Positions 1 through 9,447 of a stretch of 64,000 nt of DNA are shown piece by piece; the stretch's first letter is position 1; each line of letters opens with the position of its first letter. The notes beneath the pieces are model-generated. The model made no database searches. It worked only from the letters and a program-made list of their open reading frames with translations, and was not told the DNA's origin. Both the position numbers and the translations under genes were made by a program. Origin of the DNA: a virus; the IMG/VR virus record IMGVR_UViG_3300027573_000964. One strand, written 5' to 3'.

Positions 1-182
1 ACACCACGCAAATCCGTTGGTTCTAGCTGAGCTAGACGTAAATCTACAACGGTACGGGTTAGCTCATCAGATATCTGATGAATGATAGAGCTCTTCCCAA
101 TGCCTGGAGGACCCCAAAGCATGACGGGAATATTGCTCTTAATCGCATTACGAACGATTTTTTGTGCATCTGAAAGTTTCAT
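1..182 (-). CDS. AAA+ ATPase (MoxR/AAA_5-like), N-terminal fragment; gene continues beyond window start
   Basis: Minus-strand ATG at ~182 (ATGA overlap with downstream gene); translation MKLSDAQKIVRNAIKSNIPVMLWGPPGIGKSS... contains Walker A GPPGIGKS. Confidence 0.55.
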   Translation of the reverse strand, partial: MKLSDAQKIVRNAIKSNIPVMLWGPPGIGKSSIIHQISDELTRTVVDLRLAQLEPTDLRG

Positions 183-364
183 TTTTTCTTACTTCTCCTT
201 TTAAAGTGAACAACACGATCACATCTTTCTTTTAATACTTCTTTTTTTACTGATAAAACGGTGACACGAGAGCAGTCATCACATTCTATTCCAACATTGG
301 TTTTGACAACGGAATAACTGCCACACTTATCACATTTCAAGCTCGGAACCTTTTCTATTAACAT
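179..364 (-). CDS. hypothetical zinc-ribbon protein (CxxC..CxxC)
   Basis: 61 aa ORF, CDKCG...CDDC motif. Confidence 0.45.
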   Translation of the reverse strand: MLIEKVPSLKCDKCGSYSVVKTNVGIECDDCSRVTVLSVKKEVLKERCDRVVHFKRRSKKK

Positions 365-367
365 AGA

Positions 368-622
368 TTAGAGTTCTACGTCATCATCTTTGGCAAGGCC
401 ACCTAATAGTAAGGTTAGGACTTCTTGCTTTCTATATTCTTCACTTTCGTTCAACATCTGTTCGACGTTGTAATTATTTTTGTGAAGTAACATAATATGC
501 TTATGTCCCTCAAGATGATTCTCACAAACAGGAACCTTTAGTTGTCCACCGAAGAAAGGTCTGATTTCAGTCTTCCCACCACAAGGACTGCCTAGGTGCC
601 ATACACATTTTACATCTGCCAT
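368..622 (-). CDS. small conserved protein, paralog family A (CxW-GxPCxG...VPxC-xH-xEH), copy 1 of 4
   Basis: 84 aa; shares motif with ORFs 16010..16258, 26537..26806, 31358..31633. Confidence 0.6.
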   Translation of the reverse strand: MADVKCVWHLGSPCGGKTEIRPFFGGQLKVPVCENHLEGHKHIMLLHKNNYNVEQMLNESEEYRKQEVLTLLLGGLAKDDDVEL

Positions 623-627
623 ATTTC

Positions 628-1032
628 TTAACTCCTTTTCTTGTTCTTATTATACACTTTAATGTATTGTGCGATTAAACGCTTTGGTAATTTAATAGTG
701 ACTAATTTTGCTCTCATAACATCACGATACCATTCAGTATCTAATCCCTCGAAGGGTAATTCATAGTATTCCCACATACTTGGAGTGTCTTCTCTGACAT
801 CCATAGCCTCTCCATCTATGCCGGTATACCAATCTTTTTCTTGATCATCTGGTCCAAAATAATCTAACATTCCGTCAAACTCTTTTGTCCAGTGTGTAAT
901 TAAGCGAGAGGCAAATTTTCTTGTTTCCCCGCCTAACTCTGTAGTGAGTGCTAAAAATTCTTTAGTGAATTTTATTTCCCCAGAATCATCCAACTCACAT
1001 ATACTAGTCCATTCTTCATTTTTATCTAACAT
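628..1032 (-). CDS. hypothetical protein
   Basis: 134 aa minus-strand ORF, packed. Confidence 0.5.
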   Translation of the reverse strand: MLDKNEEWTSICELDDSGEIKFTKEFLALTTELGGETRKFASRLITHWTKEFDGMLDYFGPDDQEKDWYTGIDGEAMDVREDTPSMWEYYELPFEGLDTEWYRDVMRAKLVTIKLPKRLIAQYIKVYNKNKKRS

Positions 1033-1034
1033 TA

Positions 1035-1385
1035 TTAAGCCGCTTTCGTTGTTACTCGTAGTCTTTCAGGAAGAAATTCACTATCTATGTTCCTGAAATA
1101 TTCGATTAGTTGAACTACATTTGCTATCGGAACTACACCTCGAAGTCCACTTTCGTGTAAGGCTAAATTTGTTCCTTCACGCACCGCAAGGTTAGTATCT
1201 GATACGACAAGCTGCGCTCTAGAAGTTGCTATTCGCTTTCCCAAGTCTCTACTAAAAGTATCCAACTCAGAATTACAACGAGCTATTCCAAAATAAATAT
1301 TTCCATCTTGTCTAAAAGTTACTAAAGTGTTCTTTGGCTTTCTATTTTCTACACGGCCAAATCGTGTTCTAAGTCCTTCACTCAT
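1035..1385 (-). CDS. hypothetical protein
   Basis: 116 aa minus-strand ORF. Confidence 0.5.
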   Translation of the reverse strand: MSEGLRTRFGRVENRKPKNTLVTFRQDGNIYFGIARCNSELDTFSRDLGKRIATSRAQLVVSDTNLAVREGTNLALHESGLRGVVPIANVVQLIEYFRNIDSEFLPERLRVTTKAA

Positions 1386-2709
1386 CTTCTTCTATCTCCA
1401 TTTCTCTTGCTTGTGTTATAGCATCGCTCATTAAACATTCATTAATACGTTTATCACCTGTTAAGGTTCTATCAGCATTAAATACTGGGAATCTCAAAGA
1501 CCCTGTTTTGGGTTGAATTGAATCGTACTCTACACGCCAAACTCTGGGGTAAAGTGTCTTGTCCGTGTAGAAGTCTTTTTGTTTATCCGAAAGACCACCA
1601 CCACAATTTCCTAAATAAACTTCCTTTCCACCTTCGTCTAATTGATACAAAGCTGCGCTTTTTATCTTGTTATGATTTTTGCCGTTACCGTATTCGCCAA
1701 TTCCATTTTCAGGATCCCAACGGACTATAAAATCATCTTCATACTTTGGCTTGCTTTTCCACAGCACATTAGGGCGATATGCTTTGCCATTAAAAGTATA
1801 AGCACCTTTCGCTTCCATTATACCATCAGCATCCCAAACTACAAGACCTTCTAACTTTCGTTTCTGAACTTCTTTTAAGGCTTGCTTGTGCGGTTTATTT
1901 ATAACTTCTACACATTTTATGAAAGGGCTATTAACTAACTCAACTAGATCTTTTAATTTTTCTAATCTTTGTTTATAGCTCCAACTAATTAACTTATTAG
2001 AATGGTCATAAAAAGCTAAATCGAAAGCATAATAAGATACTTTACCCAGTTCTTCCTGTCTTGCTACTGCCTCTTCTGGGTCACATCTACAAATAGAACT
2101 AACTCCATTAAAGTCATCTTTGCCGTCTTTCTCTAAAATTATTTCACCTAATATAACAGTTCCATTCGGCAGGAAACCAAAAGCCTCTTTTAAGTGAGGA
2201 TATTTGTTACTTACTAAGTCCATAGTTCGTGTATATATTTCGGTATCAAATTGTTTAGAGGCTCTGATAATATGCATCATACCATCTCTTTTAACAGTAT
2301 AGATTGCTTTATTATCTTTTTCTAACGAAGCTATTTTCTTATCTTCTATTGAATTTTTAGGTTTGTAAAAGCAGAGTTCTTTGGGTAAAGATTCATCAAA
2401 GCTTATACTCTTATCTTCTAAAACATTATCAGCGTCTTCAGAATAACCGTGTTCTTTTTGTTTGGTTATTCTGCGCTCCATCATAAGCTTAGCTTGTTCT
2501 AATGGGCTAGTTTCATTGGCCTTGCCTTGATTGACGCCTTCCTTAACTGGGTCGTGCGTTAATTGCTTTTTGCCATCTGATAGTCCGTGCTCAATCCACA
2601 CCTCTGGGTATCCGCTTTCACCCTTCGGCTCCACCCAAATCGACCACTGTTGTAATTTGCCTAATCTAGTCTTTTGATATAGTATCGTCTTGCTCATTAT
2701 CGATTCCAC
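1378..2709 (-). CDS. ATP-dependent DNA ligase
   Basis: 443 aa; nucleotidyltransferase motif I KRDG (AIYTVKRDGMMHIIRAS), motif IV-like EGLVVWD, motif V LWKSKPK. Confidence 0.8.
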   Translation of the reverse strand: MESIMSKTILYQKTRLGKLQQWSIWVEPKGESGYPEVWIEHGLSDGKKQLTHDPVKEGVNQGKANETSPLEQAKLMMERRITKQKEHGYSEDADNVLEDKSISFDESLPKELCFYKPKNSIEDKKIASLEKDNKAIYTVKRDGMMHIIRASKQFDTEIYTRTMDLVSNKYPHLKEAFGFLPNGTVILGEIILEKDGKDDFNGVSSICRCDPEEAVARQEELGKVSYYAFDLAFYDHSNKLISWSYKQRLEKLKDLVELVNSPFIKCVEVINKPHKQALKEVQKRKLEGLVVWDADGIMEAKGAYTFNGKAYRPNVLWKSKPKYEDDFIVRWDPENGIGEYGNGKNHNKIKSAALYQLDEGGKEVYLGNCGGGLSDKQKDFYTDKTLYPRVWRVEYDSIQPKTGSLRFPVFNADRTLTGDKRINECLMSDAITQAREMEIEEDE

Positions 2710-3094
2710 TTAATTTCTGTATTATCCAAACCTTTTTTGATTCTTCCATACGTCTGATTTTTTCTTTCACTTCATTAATTCTTTTATCAGCATATTGTAA
2801 TTCGGAGTTTGTTCGTTTAAAACTTTCATCGGACACATGCTCTTTGCAAAACATAGACGGTGCCGGGCAAACATTATGGCACTTTTCCATACCGCCCAAA
2901 ACACACCTAAATTCTACAAATTCATATATAAACTCTATATGTTGATCACCACTTGATGAATCTGATAAACTGTAAGTTGCCCCACAATTATCACATCGAA
3001 TAGTATCCGACCTTGCGAACAATCTAATTAGATTATTGCACTTTATACAATCAGTATCTTGCATTGATATTCTACCAGATACTTTTAAAGACAA
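2666..3094 (-). CDS. hypothetical Cys-rich protein (overlaps ligase start; true start probably internal)
   Basis: 142 aa; CIKCN, CDNCG, CxxxC clusters; TAG stop. Confidence 0.45.
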   Translation of the reverse strand: MSLKVSGRISMQDTDCIKCNNLIRLFARSDTIRCDNCGATYSLSDSSSGDQHIEFIYEFVEFRCVLGGMEKCHNVCPAPSMFCKEHVSDESFKRTNSELQYADKRINEVKEKIRRMEESKKVWIIQKLSGIDNEQDDTISKD

Positions 3095-3099
3095 TTCAG

Positions 3100-3489
3100 T
3101 TACCTCGCCTTGAACAGATTTCCCATCGCAGCAAGTTCATAAATACCTGGATTGGGAGGATTTTCCATTAAATAAGTCATTTCCTTATTTAATATTTCTA
3201 ACGTGGCTTTAAGCTTTAATAAACTCTTTTCTTCTGTTGTCTTAATACCAAACAACTTGAATATTTTTAGCTTTAGTCTTGAATAGTGTCTAAATTTCTC
3301 CGCCAATGTTTTTGCGTTGTTTAATACATCTGTAATTTGTAATGATAAATTATATCTTGCATCTTCCCATTTCTTTTTATCTTCTATATAAGCACCAAGT
3401 AATAAGGCCTGTGTTGATATCGCATTGTATTCTAAATATGTATCAGTAAGTCCTTCTACTTGTTTCCTCTGTAGATTTCCATTAGACAT
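3100..3489 (-). CDS. hypothetical protein
   Basis: 129 aa ORF. Confidence 0.5.
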   Translation of the reverse strand: MSNGNLQRKQVEGLTDTYLEYNAISTQALLLGAYIEDKKKWEDARYNLSLQITDVLNNAKTLAEKFRHYSRLKLKIFKLFGIKTTEEKSLLKLKATLEILNKEMTYLMENPPNPGIYELAAMGNLFKAR

Positions 3490-4016
3490 CTATAAACTCC
3501 TAGTGTGCGCCTACAATCCACAAGGGCTGAATGCGCACCAGCATTCGAAATTTTAAAATGATCACAAAGATTTCGTAGTCCTAATCCTTCAATCTCTGTA
3601 TCACGCACCGCTGCCCAAGCCATAGACATTAATTCTAATTTTCTATGTCGTTCAAAACTTGGTTCTATTTTGAACTCGCTCATTGCAGTCTCAAGGAACT
3701 TAATATCAAATTCAACATTCTGGCCAACTATCATACAGCCACTTATTATCTTATTGAACTTTAACAACGCTAATTTTATATTTCCCTTATAGGCTTTCGG
3801 ATTTTTTGCATATCCGTTTATTTCGAGTGCCTCTTGGCTCGCTGTTTCAATATGTCTTGGGGCTATTTTCTTAACCCACTCGTCTAATATCTTGTCTTTA
3901 CTTTGGTCGTAAATTATACATCCTATCTCTATGATTTCATGGTTATCCACCGAAAGACCAGTAGTTTCAGTATCCACAAAAGCAAGTTTGATGTCCTCAA
4001 ACTTCTTACTTTTCAT
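3456..4016 (-). CDS. DnaQ-like 3'-5' exonuclease (DEDDh; RNase T / Pol III epsilon-like)
   Basis: 186 aa; Exo I motif FVDTETTGL, Exo III motif HSALVDCRRT; TAG stop. Confidence 0.7.
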   Translation of the reverse strand: MKSKKFEDIKLAFVDTETTGLSVDNHEIIEIGCIIYDQSKDKILDEWVKKIAPRHIETASQEALEINGYAKNPKAYKGNIKLALLKFNKIISGCMIVGQNVEFDIKFLETAMSEFKIEPSFERHRKLELMSMAWAAVRDTEIEGLGLRNLCDHFKISNAGAHSALVDCRRTLGVYRCLMEIYRGNK

Positions 4017-4551
4017 TTTTATATATCCAATCTTCTAGGTGATCCCAACCATAAACTCTTTCAAAACCTGTAATCGAAGCATTATATTGCTGATGCCATA
4101 ATAAACCTTTTGTGTCGGGATGTAAATCAACTAGGTTCTTATGGTCGTCATCAACTAATACATCCCCTCTTATATATTTCTTAAACTCTGGGGGCGTAGT
4201 AATTAGTGGGGCTTTTTGCCACACCTTACTAAAATAGAAATTAAGCCATTCTCTTTTTTCGTTGCCGCTGGTAGCACAATTAGTATTGACGCTTACAAAC
4301 ATTACTTTGTGCCCATCGCTAACTAATTTGGAAATAGCATCTATAGCACCTTCAGCGGGCGGCAAACCTCGTAAGAAACCTACGCTATTCTTTATACGCT
4401 TAATGGTAGGCGGGTCGAGAACAAAGTCTTCAGTCTTACGACCTCTAATTTGTTCTACCTTAATATGCTCACCAGTTAAAAAGTTATATTGGTCAATGAG
4501 AGTGGGAACGAAATCCGTCACTACTCCATCCATATCTAATAAAATATCCAT
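4006..4551 (-). CDS. 5'(3')-deoxyribonucleotidase, HAD superfamily (NT5C-like)
   Basis: 181 aa; N-terminal LLDMDGVVTDF HAD motif I, C-terminal VLVDDD motif. Confidence 0.7.
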   Translation of the reverse strand: MDILLDMDGVVTDFVPTLIDQYNFLTGEHIKVEQIRGRKTEDFVLDPPTIKRIKNSVGFLRGLPPAEGAIDAISKLVSDGHKVMFVSVNTNCATSGNEKREWLNFYFSKVWQKAPLITTPPEFKKYIRGDVLVDDDHKNLVDLHPDTKGLLWHQQYNASITGFERVYGWDHLEDWIYKNEK

Positions 4552-4704
4552 AATATTTATTATCGCCTTTTATTGGTGTTTGTCAAGCTGAATAAGAAAT
4601 TTCTTTACTGGAGTGCCTGTAAATGCACGCTCTCGGAGCTTCTTTACTGGCATATCGTAATTTAATATAACCGAGTATAATTGTCTAATTCCTTGTCCCA
4701 TTTA

Positions 4705-5760
4705 TTAACTCAGAGCATAGTCATATATAATATCACTGCACAATTCATCTAAAGCAGGCCTGTCGGGTTCTCTTGGTAGTTTAGAAGTTTCATACGCTGT
4801 TACAATCTCTGTTTCCATCTTTTCAGCGTATTCCTCTATTTGCTCATATTTCCAGGCACCATTTCGGATTGCCAAAAGTTCTTCTCTATCTGGTCGATAT
4901 ACTTGAACTTTTCCAGTCTCTAAGATTTCTTTACCCATACGCATAAGTCTAACTAAATGCGCAGCATGTTTAGTATCATATCCGTGCTTTTCTTCTAATG
5001 CCGAACGAGCCGCATTACGAGTATTTTTCCAGCTTTGATAAGAGTTCCATTTCGTAAGAGCATTTTCATACTCTTTCTCTTTAAATACAGCCTGCATTAA
5101 ACCATCTGAAAAATTCATAGTAGTCTTAAGTAATTCCATTTGTTCTGGAGTAAAACTATGAGATTGAACTAAACCGATATAGTTTAATTTTGATAGCTCT
5201 TCTTTAGCTGCGTCTGTTAATAGAGTGTATTGAACAGAGTCTTCTAACATCTTTGCGATGAGCCAATCTATGCCACCCATACCATCCTTGGAAAGTATTT
5301 TTCTATCAGGTAATCCAAAGTCGGACCGTTCTGGCTTTCCCTTTGGTGGATTTAATAAATAGCCTCTATGGTTCTTTATACGCTTTAATTGAGCAAAGGC
5401 ATAACCGGTATAGGTATAGCGGGCCTTTTTAGAAAGAAAAGCATCACGCTTGTCTAATACACGCTCCCAATAAGGTGTTATTTTTTGATAGAACTTGCTG
5501 TCTGTAAAGAGCAAATCCAGCATATTAGGGTTACAATCACTAATGAGCTTGAAGGCCTTACGGATATCGTATATAACTGTATCCTTGGTTGGGTCTTCGT
5601 ATTGCTCAAAGTGCTTTAAAAAGCCCGTGTAATAGCCTACGTCGTCCGGTATTGCGATTCCGCGGATATCTATGTCGCTGGTAGGTGTATTTGTACCATA
5701 CGCCGTAGAGCCCGTTATAGTGGAAAATATGGTACAACGCTCAATATCAGTTTTTTGCAT
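4705..5760 (-). CDS. Pol-beta superfamily nucleotidyltransferase (function unknown; minimal-NTase / class-I CCA-like head)
   Basis: 351 aa; GSTAYGTNTPTSDIDIRG = GS-x9-13-DxD NTase signature. Confidence 0.5.
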   Translation of the reverse strand: MQKTDIERCTIFSTITGSTAYGTNTPTSDIDIRGIAIPDDVGYYTGFLKHFEQYEDPTKDTVIYDIRKAFKLISDCNPNMLDLLFTDSKFYQKITPYWERVLDKRDAFLSKKARYTYTGYAFAQLKRIKNHRGYLLNPPKGKPERSDFGLPDRKILSKDGMGGIDWLIAKMLEDSVQYTLLTDAAKEELSKLNYIGLVQSHSFTPEQMELLKTTMNFSDGLMQAVFKEKEYENALTKWNSYQSWKNTRNAARSALEEKHGYDTKHAAHLVRLMRMGKEILETGKVQVYRPDREELLAIRNGAWKYEQIEEYAEKMETEIVTAYETSKLPREPDRPALDELCSDIIYDYALS

Positions 5761-6616
5761 CTAATAAACTTTCTTCTGCCTCTATTGATATTGCGCTTGG
5801 CATTCTACCGCCGCACAATATACAGCAATCTTTATATATATACCTTGATAAGTTTGTTCTTTGGAAACCCACACTGGTTCGTGTTCTTGAGCTTTTTAAA
5901 GTAAGTTCGAACTGACCACAATTACCACAGTTTCCTTTAAGAGAAACCATACCAGGCTTTCCAAGATTTATAGACTCTTGATACTTCTTCCAAATAACTT
6001 CAGCTCGCTCACGATGTCTTAATACAGAACCAAATAACAAAGTCTTAAATTCTTCGCCGTCTCCTACTTTCTCAAATATATTATAGGCCAAGTGATTATT
6101 TGATAGTAATGATTCTAGTGCCTTGAGCCTGCCTACAGATGGCAACTCTTTCAGAGCTTCTATTCTAGGAGTATATCTTGCTTGATATATTCCATCTGGG
6201 CAACTTTTGTTGTGCGCTAGAAATCTCAAAGCATTTGCTTCTTGCTCTATAGTTATACCTTCATACATAAGAGAAAGTTTGCCCACGGCTATATCTTCAC
6301 TATTTACTACAAGTTCTCTAATTTCATTTTTACTATCATATGGTATTATTTCAGTTAACAGCTTACACAATCCGTAAGATTTTGAAGCATTATAGTTTGT
6401 TCTCGAAAAAGCGGCCTTTGCCAATTCCATTTTAGTTTGCAGTTGTGGCACAGCTTTAATAAGAGTTGTAACACCATCTATATACCAATAATATCTGGAT
6501 TCACTATTTTGTTGTAAAAAGAAAGCTATGGTTTCATCCTTGTCCGCTTGGCTTGCTGCATTAAAATTTCTTACCAGCCCATAATAGTGCCAAGAGTCTT
6601 TAAATGTATAACTCAT
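5747..6616 (-). CDS. hypothetical protein with C-terminal Cys4 zinc ribbon
   Basis: 289 aa; GNCGNCG...CCILCGG; stop/start adjacent to Thg1-like gene. Confidence 0.5.
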   Translation of the reverse strand: MSYTFKDSWHYYGLVRNFNAASQADKDETIAFFLQQNSESRYYWYIDGVTTLIKAVPQLQTKMELAKAAFSRTNYNASKSYGLCKLLTEIIPYDSKNEIRELVVNSEDIAVGKLSLMYEGITIEQEANALRFLAHNKSCPDGIYQARYTPRIEALKELPSVGRLKALESLLSNNHLAYNIFEKVGDGEEFKTLLFGSVLRHRERAEVIWKKYQESINLGKPGMVSLKGNCGNCGQFELTLKSSRTRTSVGFQRTNLSRYIYKDCCILCGGRMPSAISIEAEESLLDAKN

Positions 6617-7374
6617 TATTCTGCCTTGAAGTCTAAAATCTCTTTCAGGAAGTTTCGATCCTGTGAGAATATTGGAAGGTCTTTATCTATTTCCCAAGCA
6701 GACCTTTCAACTGTTGTGCCATCATTAAGAGGAACAACGTATTTCTTTTTATAACAACCAATCCCTCGTTTAAAACTTGCGGGATAATCATTCCAGTTTA
6801 TTCCAGTTTTTTGGAATAGTAATTCTTGTAGCTCTGCACCTCGAAGCCCGTGCATGAGCTTTTGTGTCGTCTTTCTGCCTTCTTTAGCACTCACTTCGTA
6901 ATAGGCTGCTGCTTGGATACTATTTTTAGTAGCATCCCTCTGGCGCCATACTAGACAGTTAATTGCTTCGTCTAATGTAGGCACAGCAAACACTCTCGTA
7001 TCGAAGTATGCCTGTCGCCCAGTCACTTGAGATGCAAAATAAGCAGTGAATAATGAAGAGGTTATGCTAACCATCTTCTGTATTCGATTGTTGAACCAAG
7101 GCTGACTTTCATCAGACTGATCGTTTCTTAACACGAAAGTTGATTCATCCGATTGTGTATAACCGAATAAGCAACCCTCTATACTTGAAGCTGTAAATCG
7201 TGTAGTTTCGGCCATAGCTTTCATTAGAGTTTCGTCAAATGGTTTCTTAAAGCCCATCGCTTTTGTATATTTAGAGAAACCTTTGCCATCCACACGAATA
7301 ACAATAGGTGTTCGAGCCTGCATTTTAAAATCGTAGCAGTCTTCGTACGCCTTCATTCTGTCGCCAAGATTCAT
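6616..7374 (-). CDS. Thg1-like protein (tRNA-His guanylyltransferase family 3'-5' nucleotidyltransferase)
   Basis: ORF 6616..7413; likely start at second Met (ATGA overlap with upstream stop). Motifs IVIRVDGKGFSKY and GYTQSDESTFVL align to Thg1 VVVRLDGRNF / AYGQSDEYSFVF; FDTRVFAVPTL...WRQRDA matches Thg1 C-domain. Confidence 0.8.
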   Translation of the reverse strand: MNLGDRMKAYEDCYDFKMQARTPIVIRVDGKGFSKYTKAMGFKKPFDETLMKAMAETTRFTASSIEGCLFGYTQSDESTFVLRNDQSDESQPWFNNRIQKMVSITSSLFTAYFASQVTGRQAYFDTRVFAVPTLDEAINCLVWRQRDATKNSIQAAAYYEVSAKEGRKTTQKLMHGLRGAELQELLFQKTGINWNDYPASFKRGIGCYKKKYVVPLNDGTTVERSAWEIDKDLPIFSQDRNFLKEILDFKAE

Positions 7375-7679
7375 TGTGGTACCAGTGTTAAGTGTTCTGC
7401 GGGAAGGATACATTCATTATAGTAGCCGTAGTATTTTCCCCACTGCAAAGGAAGATGTCTGTTTGGTATTCCAAAAGTCATTTCCATATATTTTCTTATT
7501 CTATCGTGTCTAGCAAAAATAGTTCGGTCGAATATTACTGTATATAAATCACTATCTGCAACTCTACCAGCAATACTACCAGTAACTTCCACCGTATCCC
7601 AGTGCGAACTGCCCATTTTAGCTACATACTTTACTTTATTTCCGTATCCAAAATTACCAGGAGTCAGTGTTTGGGTCAT
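7371..7679 (-). CDS. hypothetical protein
   Basis: 102 aa ORF. Confidence 0.45.
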   Translation of the reverse strand: MTQTLTPGNFGYGNKVKYVAKMGSSHWDTVEVTGSIAGRVADSDLYTVIFDRTIFARHDRIRKYMEMTFGIPNRHLPLQWGKYYGYYNECILPAEHLTLVPQ

Positions 7680-8394
7680 ATTGTAATCCCTGTGGTTTGG
7701 GTATATAAAATCCCTTATGATGATATTTTAATACTCGTTCTACGAATGGAAGAGCTATATTGCCCTTGGTTCCAAATATGCTTTTAACTTTAGATAAGAA
7801 ACCAGAAACATTCTTTTCTATGTTCAGATGTAAGGTTCTTGTAATTAAATCAGCTATGGCTTCTCTGTTAGAATAAAAGGTATCACAATCTATAGCAAAC
7901 TTACACACACTTATATCGAAATTGTCTATAATTTCTAACGGCGAACCAAACAAACTTACTGGCGTTCCGTCATGCAGTTTCTTATTCTCTGCGTCACCGG
8001 CACCCACCACCTGTAAAATGACACCCTCTTCTTTATTAAAGAATGTTTTTGCGTAAGTCGTGTCGTTAGTTTCAATAAAATCATATTGTTCTACAAATAA
8101 AGCGAAACTGCTTGCTGCATCTTTATTTCTAAAGAAGAAATCTATATCATTACTAGAATCATCTTGCAAAAGCCAGGCTAACACAGCGCCGCCAGACATA
8201 AATCCATTGTGACTTAACAACCAATGAAGCCTTGGGTCTTCTAAACCCATTTGACTTTTAAATTCATTGTAAGGAACTATAATATTTTTATGTACAGTTT
8301 CTTTTTTATATACGCCATATGGAATATTATTGTGCTTTTTTATTTCTAAGTCGGACACCTGGCAAAGAAATTTAACTTGCTCTTGCGTTAGCAT
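7654..8394 (-). CDS. hypothetical protein, possible nucleotidyltransferase fold
   Basis: 246 aa; MSGGAVLAWLL...NDIDFFF resembles G[GS]...DxD NTase motif. Confidence 0.4.
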   Translation of the reverse strand: MLTQEQVKFLCQVSDLEIKKHNNIPYGVYKKETVHKNIIVPYNEFKSQMGLEDPRLHWLLSHNGFMSGGAVLAWLLQDDSSNDIDFFFRNKDAASSFALFVEQYDFIETNDTTYAKTFFNKEEGVILQVVGAGDAENKKLHDGTPVSLFGSPLEIIDNFDISVCKFAIDCDTFYSNREAIADLITRTLHLNIEKNVSGFLSKVKSIFGTKGNIALPFVERVLKYHHKGFYIPKPQGLQYDPNTDSW

Positions 8395-8603
8395 TACATT
8401 CCTTTAAGGATTTCTTGTTCTAATTTAACTTTAAGATTTGCCATACCCTTTATAATATCATATAGCTTATTTCGTTCTACTTGCAACATATCGTAATTAC
8501 AACAAGTGGGCATACCAAATACTTCAACTTGTCTTTCGGTGGGCTCATCCATTAAGTCACCACAATAAATACATATTCTAACTGGGTCTATCATTTCGCT
8601 CAT
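8394..8603 (-). CDS. hypothetical zinc-ribbon protein
   Basis: 69 aa; CIYCGD...CCNYD. Confidence 0.45.
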   Translation of the reverse strand: MSEMIDPVRICIYCGDLMDEPTERQVEVFGMPTCCNYDMLQVERNKLYDIIKGMANLKVKLEQEILKGM

Positions 8604-8778
8604 GAGCTTCTCCGATTCATTTAATAGTAAAGATGGAATTTTGGGTAAATAGAACGGTCTGTATATATTGCTACATACATCATTTGATAACCATCACCAA
8701 GACGTTCGTAAGGTCGAGTCTCTGTTTTAATGATTTTATTCTTAAGCAACACATAGTACAATTCTAATATATCAGGAT

Positions 8779-9438
8779 TCATTTTGCTAACAAATTTCTA
8801 GTTACCTGTTTGTGTATCCAGTGACCATCGTCTTCCATATTCTTTACGAACTCTTCTCTAACCACTTTGCCCTTCATTCCATTGCGGTGATTCCAGACAA
8901 CTATACCTTCCGCCGGTTCAGAGCCACATGCTGATGGGTCAGGGATTAAATCGAACAATTCGGTTTTATCATAATGACCTTGGCATATGAATGGGGTAGT
9001 TGCTAGTCCTATCTTGTCGCAAAGCTCTTCCATATCCATACGATGCTTAAATTCGTCCGTCTTTCTATCAACCCACGCAAACGCTAGAAAGTAATCAGGC
9101 AGCTTATCATAGAATACAGTGTGTTTAGCATACATCAATTCGCCGTATAACACTGTGCCCTCTGGTATCTGCATCAGCTTATCTTGGTTAAGCTGACTCC
9201 AAGCCTTGAAGAAGTTGAACTGTTCGTGCTCACTCATATCTACTAGAGAACCACGCTTTTGTAGCTTGAAGGTATCTTTGTGACGCACTATGCCAACATT
9301 AGCACCATCAACCTTTTCAGTAATAGTGACCGTTCCGCCTAATAGTAATTTAGTTTCTGCATCCGATAAATAGTGCTTGCCTTTAACATCAATTTGGGGC
9401 ACTAAAATGCGGTATGTCTTTTCATATTTGCGGAACAT
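8779..9438 (-). CDS. Rnl2-family polynucleotide ligase nucleotidyltransferase domain protein (KxDG-N), stand-alone
   Basis: 219 aa; TITEKVDGANVGIV matches K-x-[DH]-G-x-N motif I of Rnl2/REL ligases; no C-terminal domain. Confidence 0.5.
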   Translation of the reverse strand: MFRKYEKTYRILVPQIDVKGKHYLSDAETKLLLGGTVTITEKVDGANVGIVRHKDTFKLQKRGSLVDMSEHEQFNFFKAWSQLNQDKLMQIPEGTVLYGELMYAKHTVFYDKLPDYFLAFAWVDRKTDEFKHRMDMEELCDKIGLATTPFICQGHYDKTELFDLIPDPSACGSEPAEGIVVWNHRNGMKGKVVREEFVKNMEDDGHWIHKQVTRNLLAK

Positions 9439-9447
9439 CTTATCCCT

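Noticed and set aside
1518-1854. Plus-strand ORFs in the track (e.g. 1518..1730, 1642..1854, 4262..4591, 19647..20258, 28775..29326, 60573..61007 and all other '+' entries)
   Set aside because: Each lies entirely antisense to a longer, motif-bearing minus-strand gene. They are low-complexity or hydrophobic shadow ORFs typical of AT-rich DNA, with no RBS context. They are treated as non-coding.
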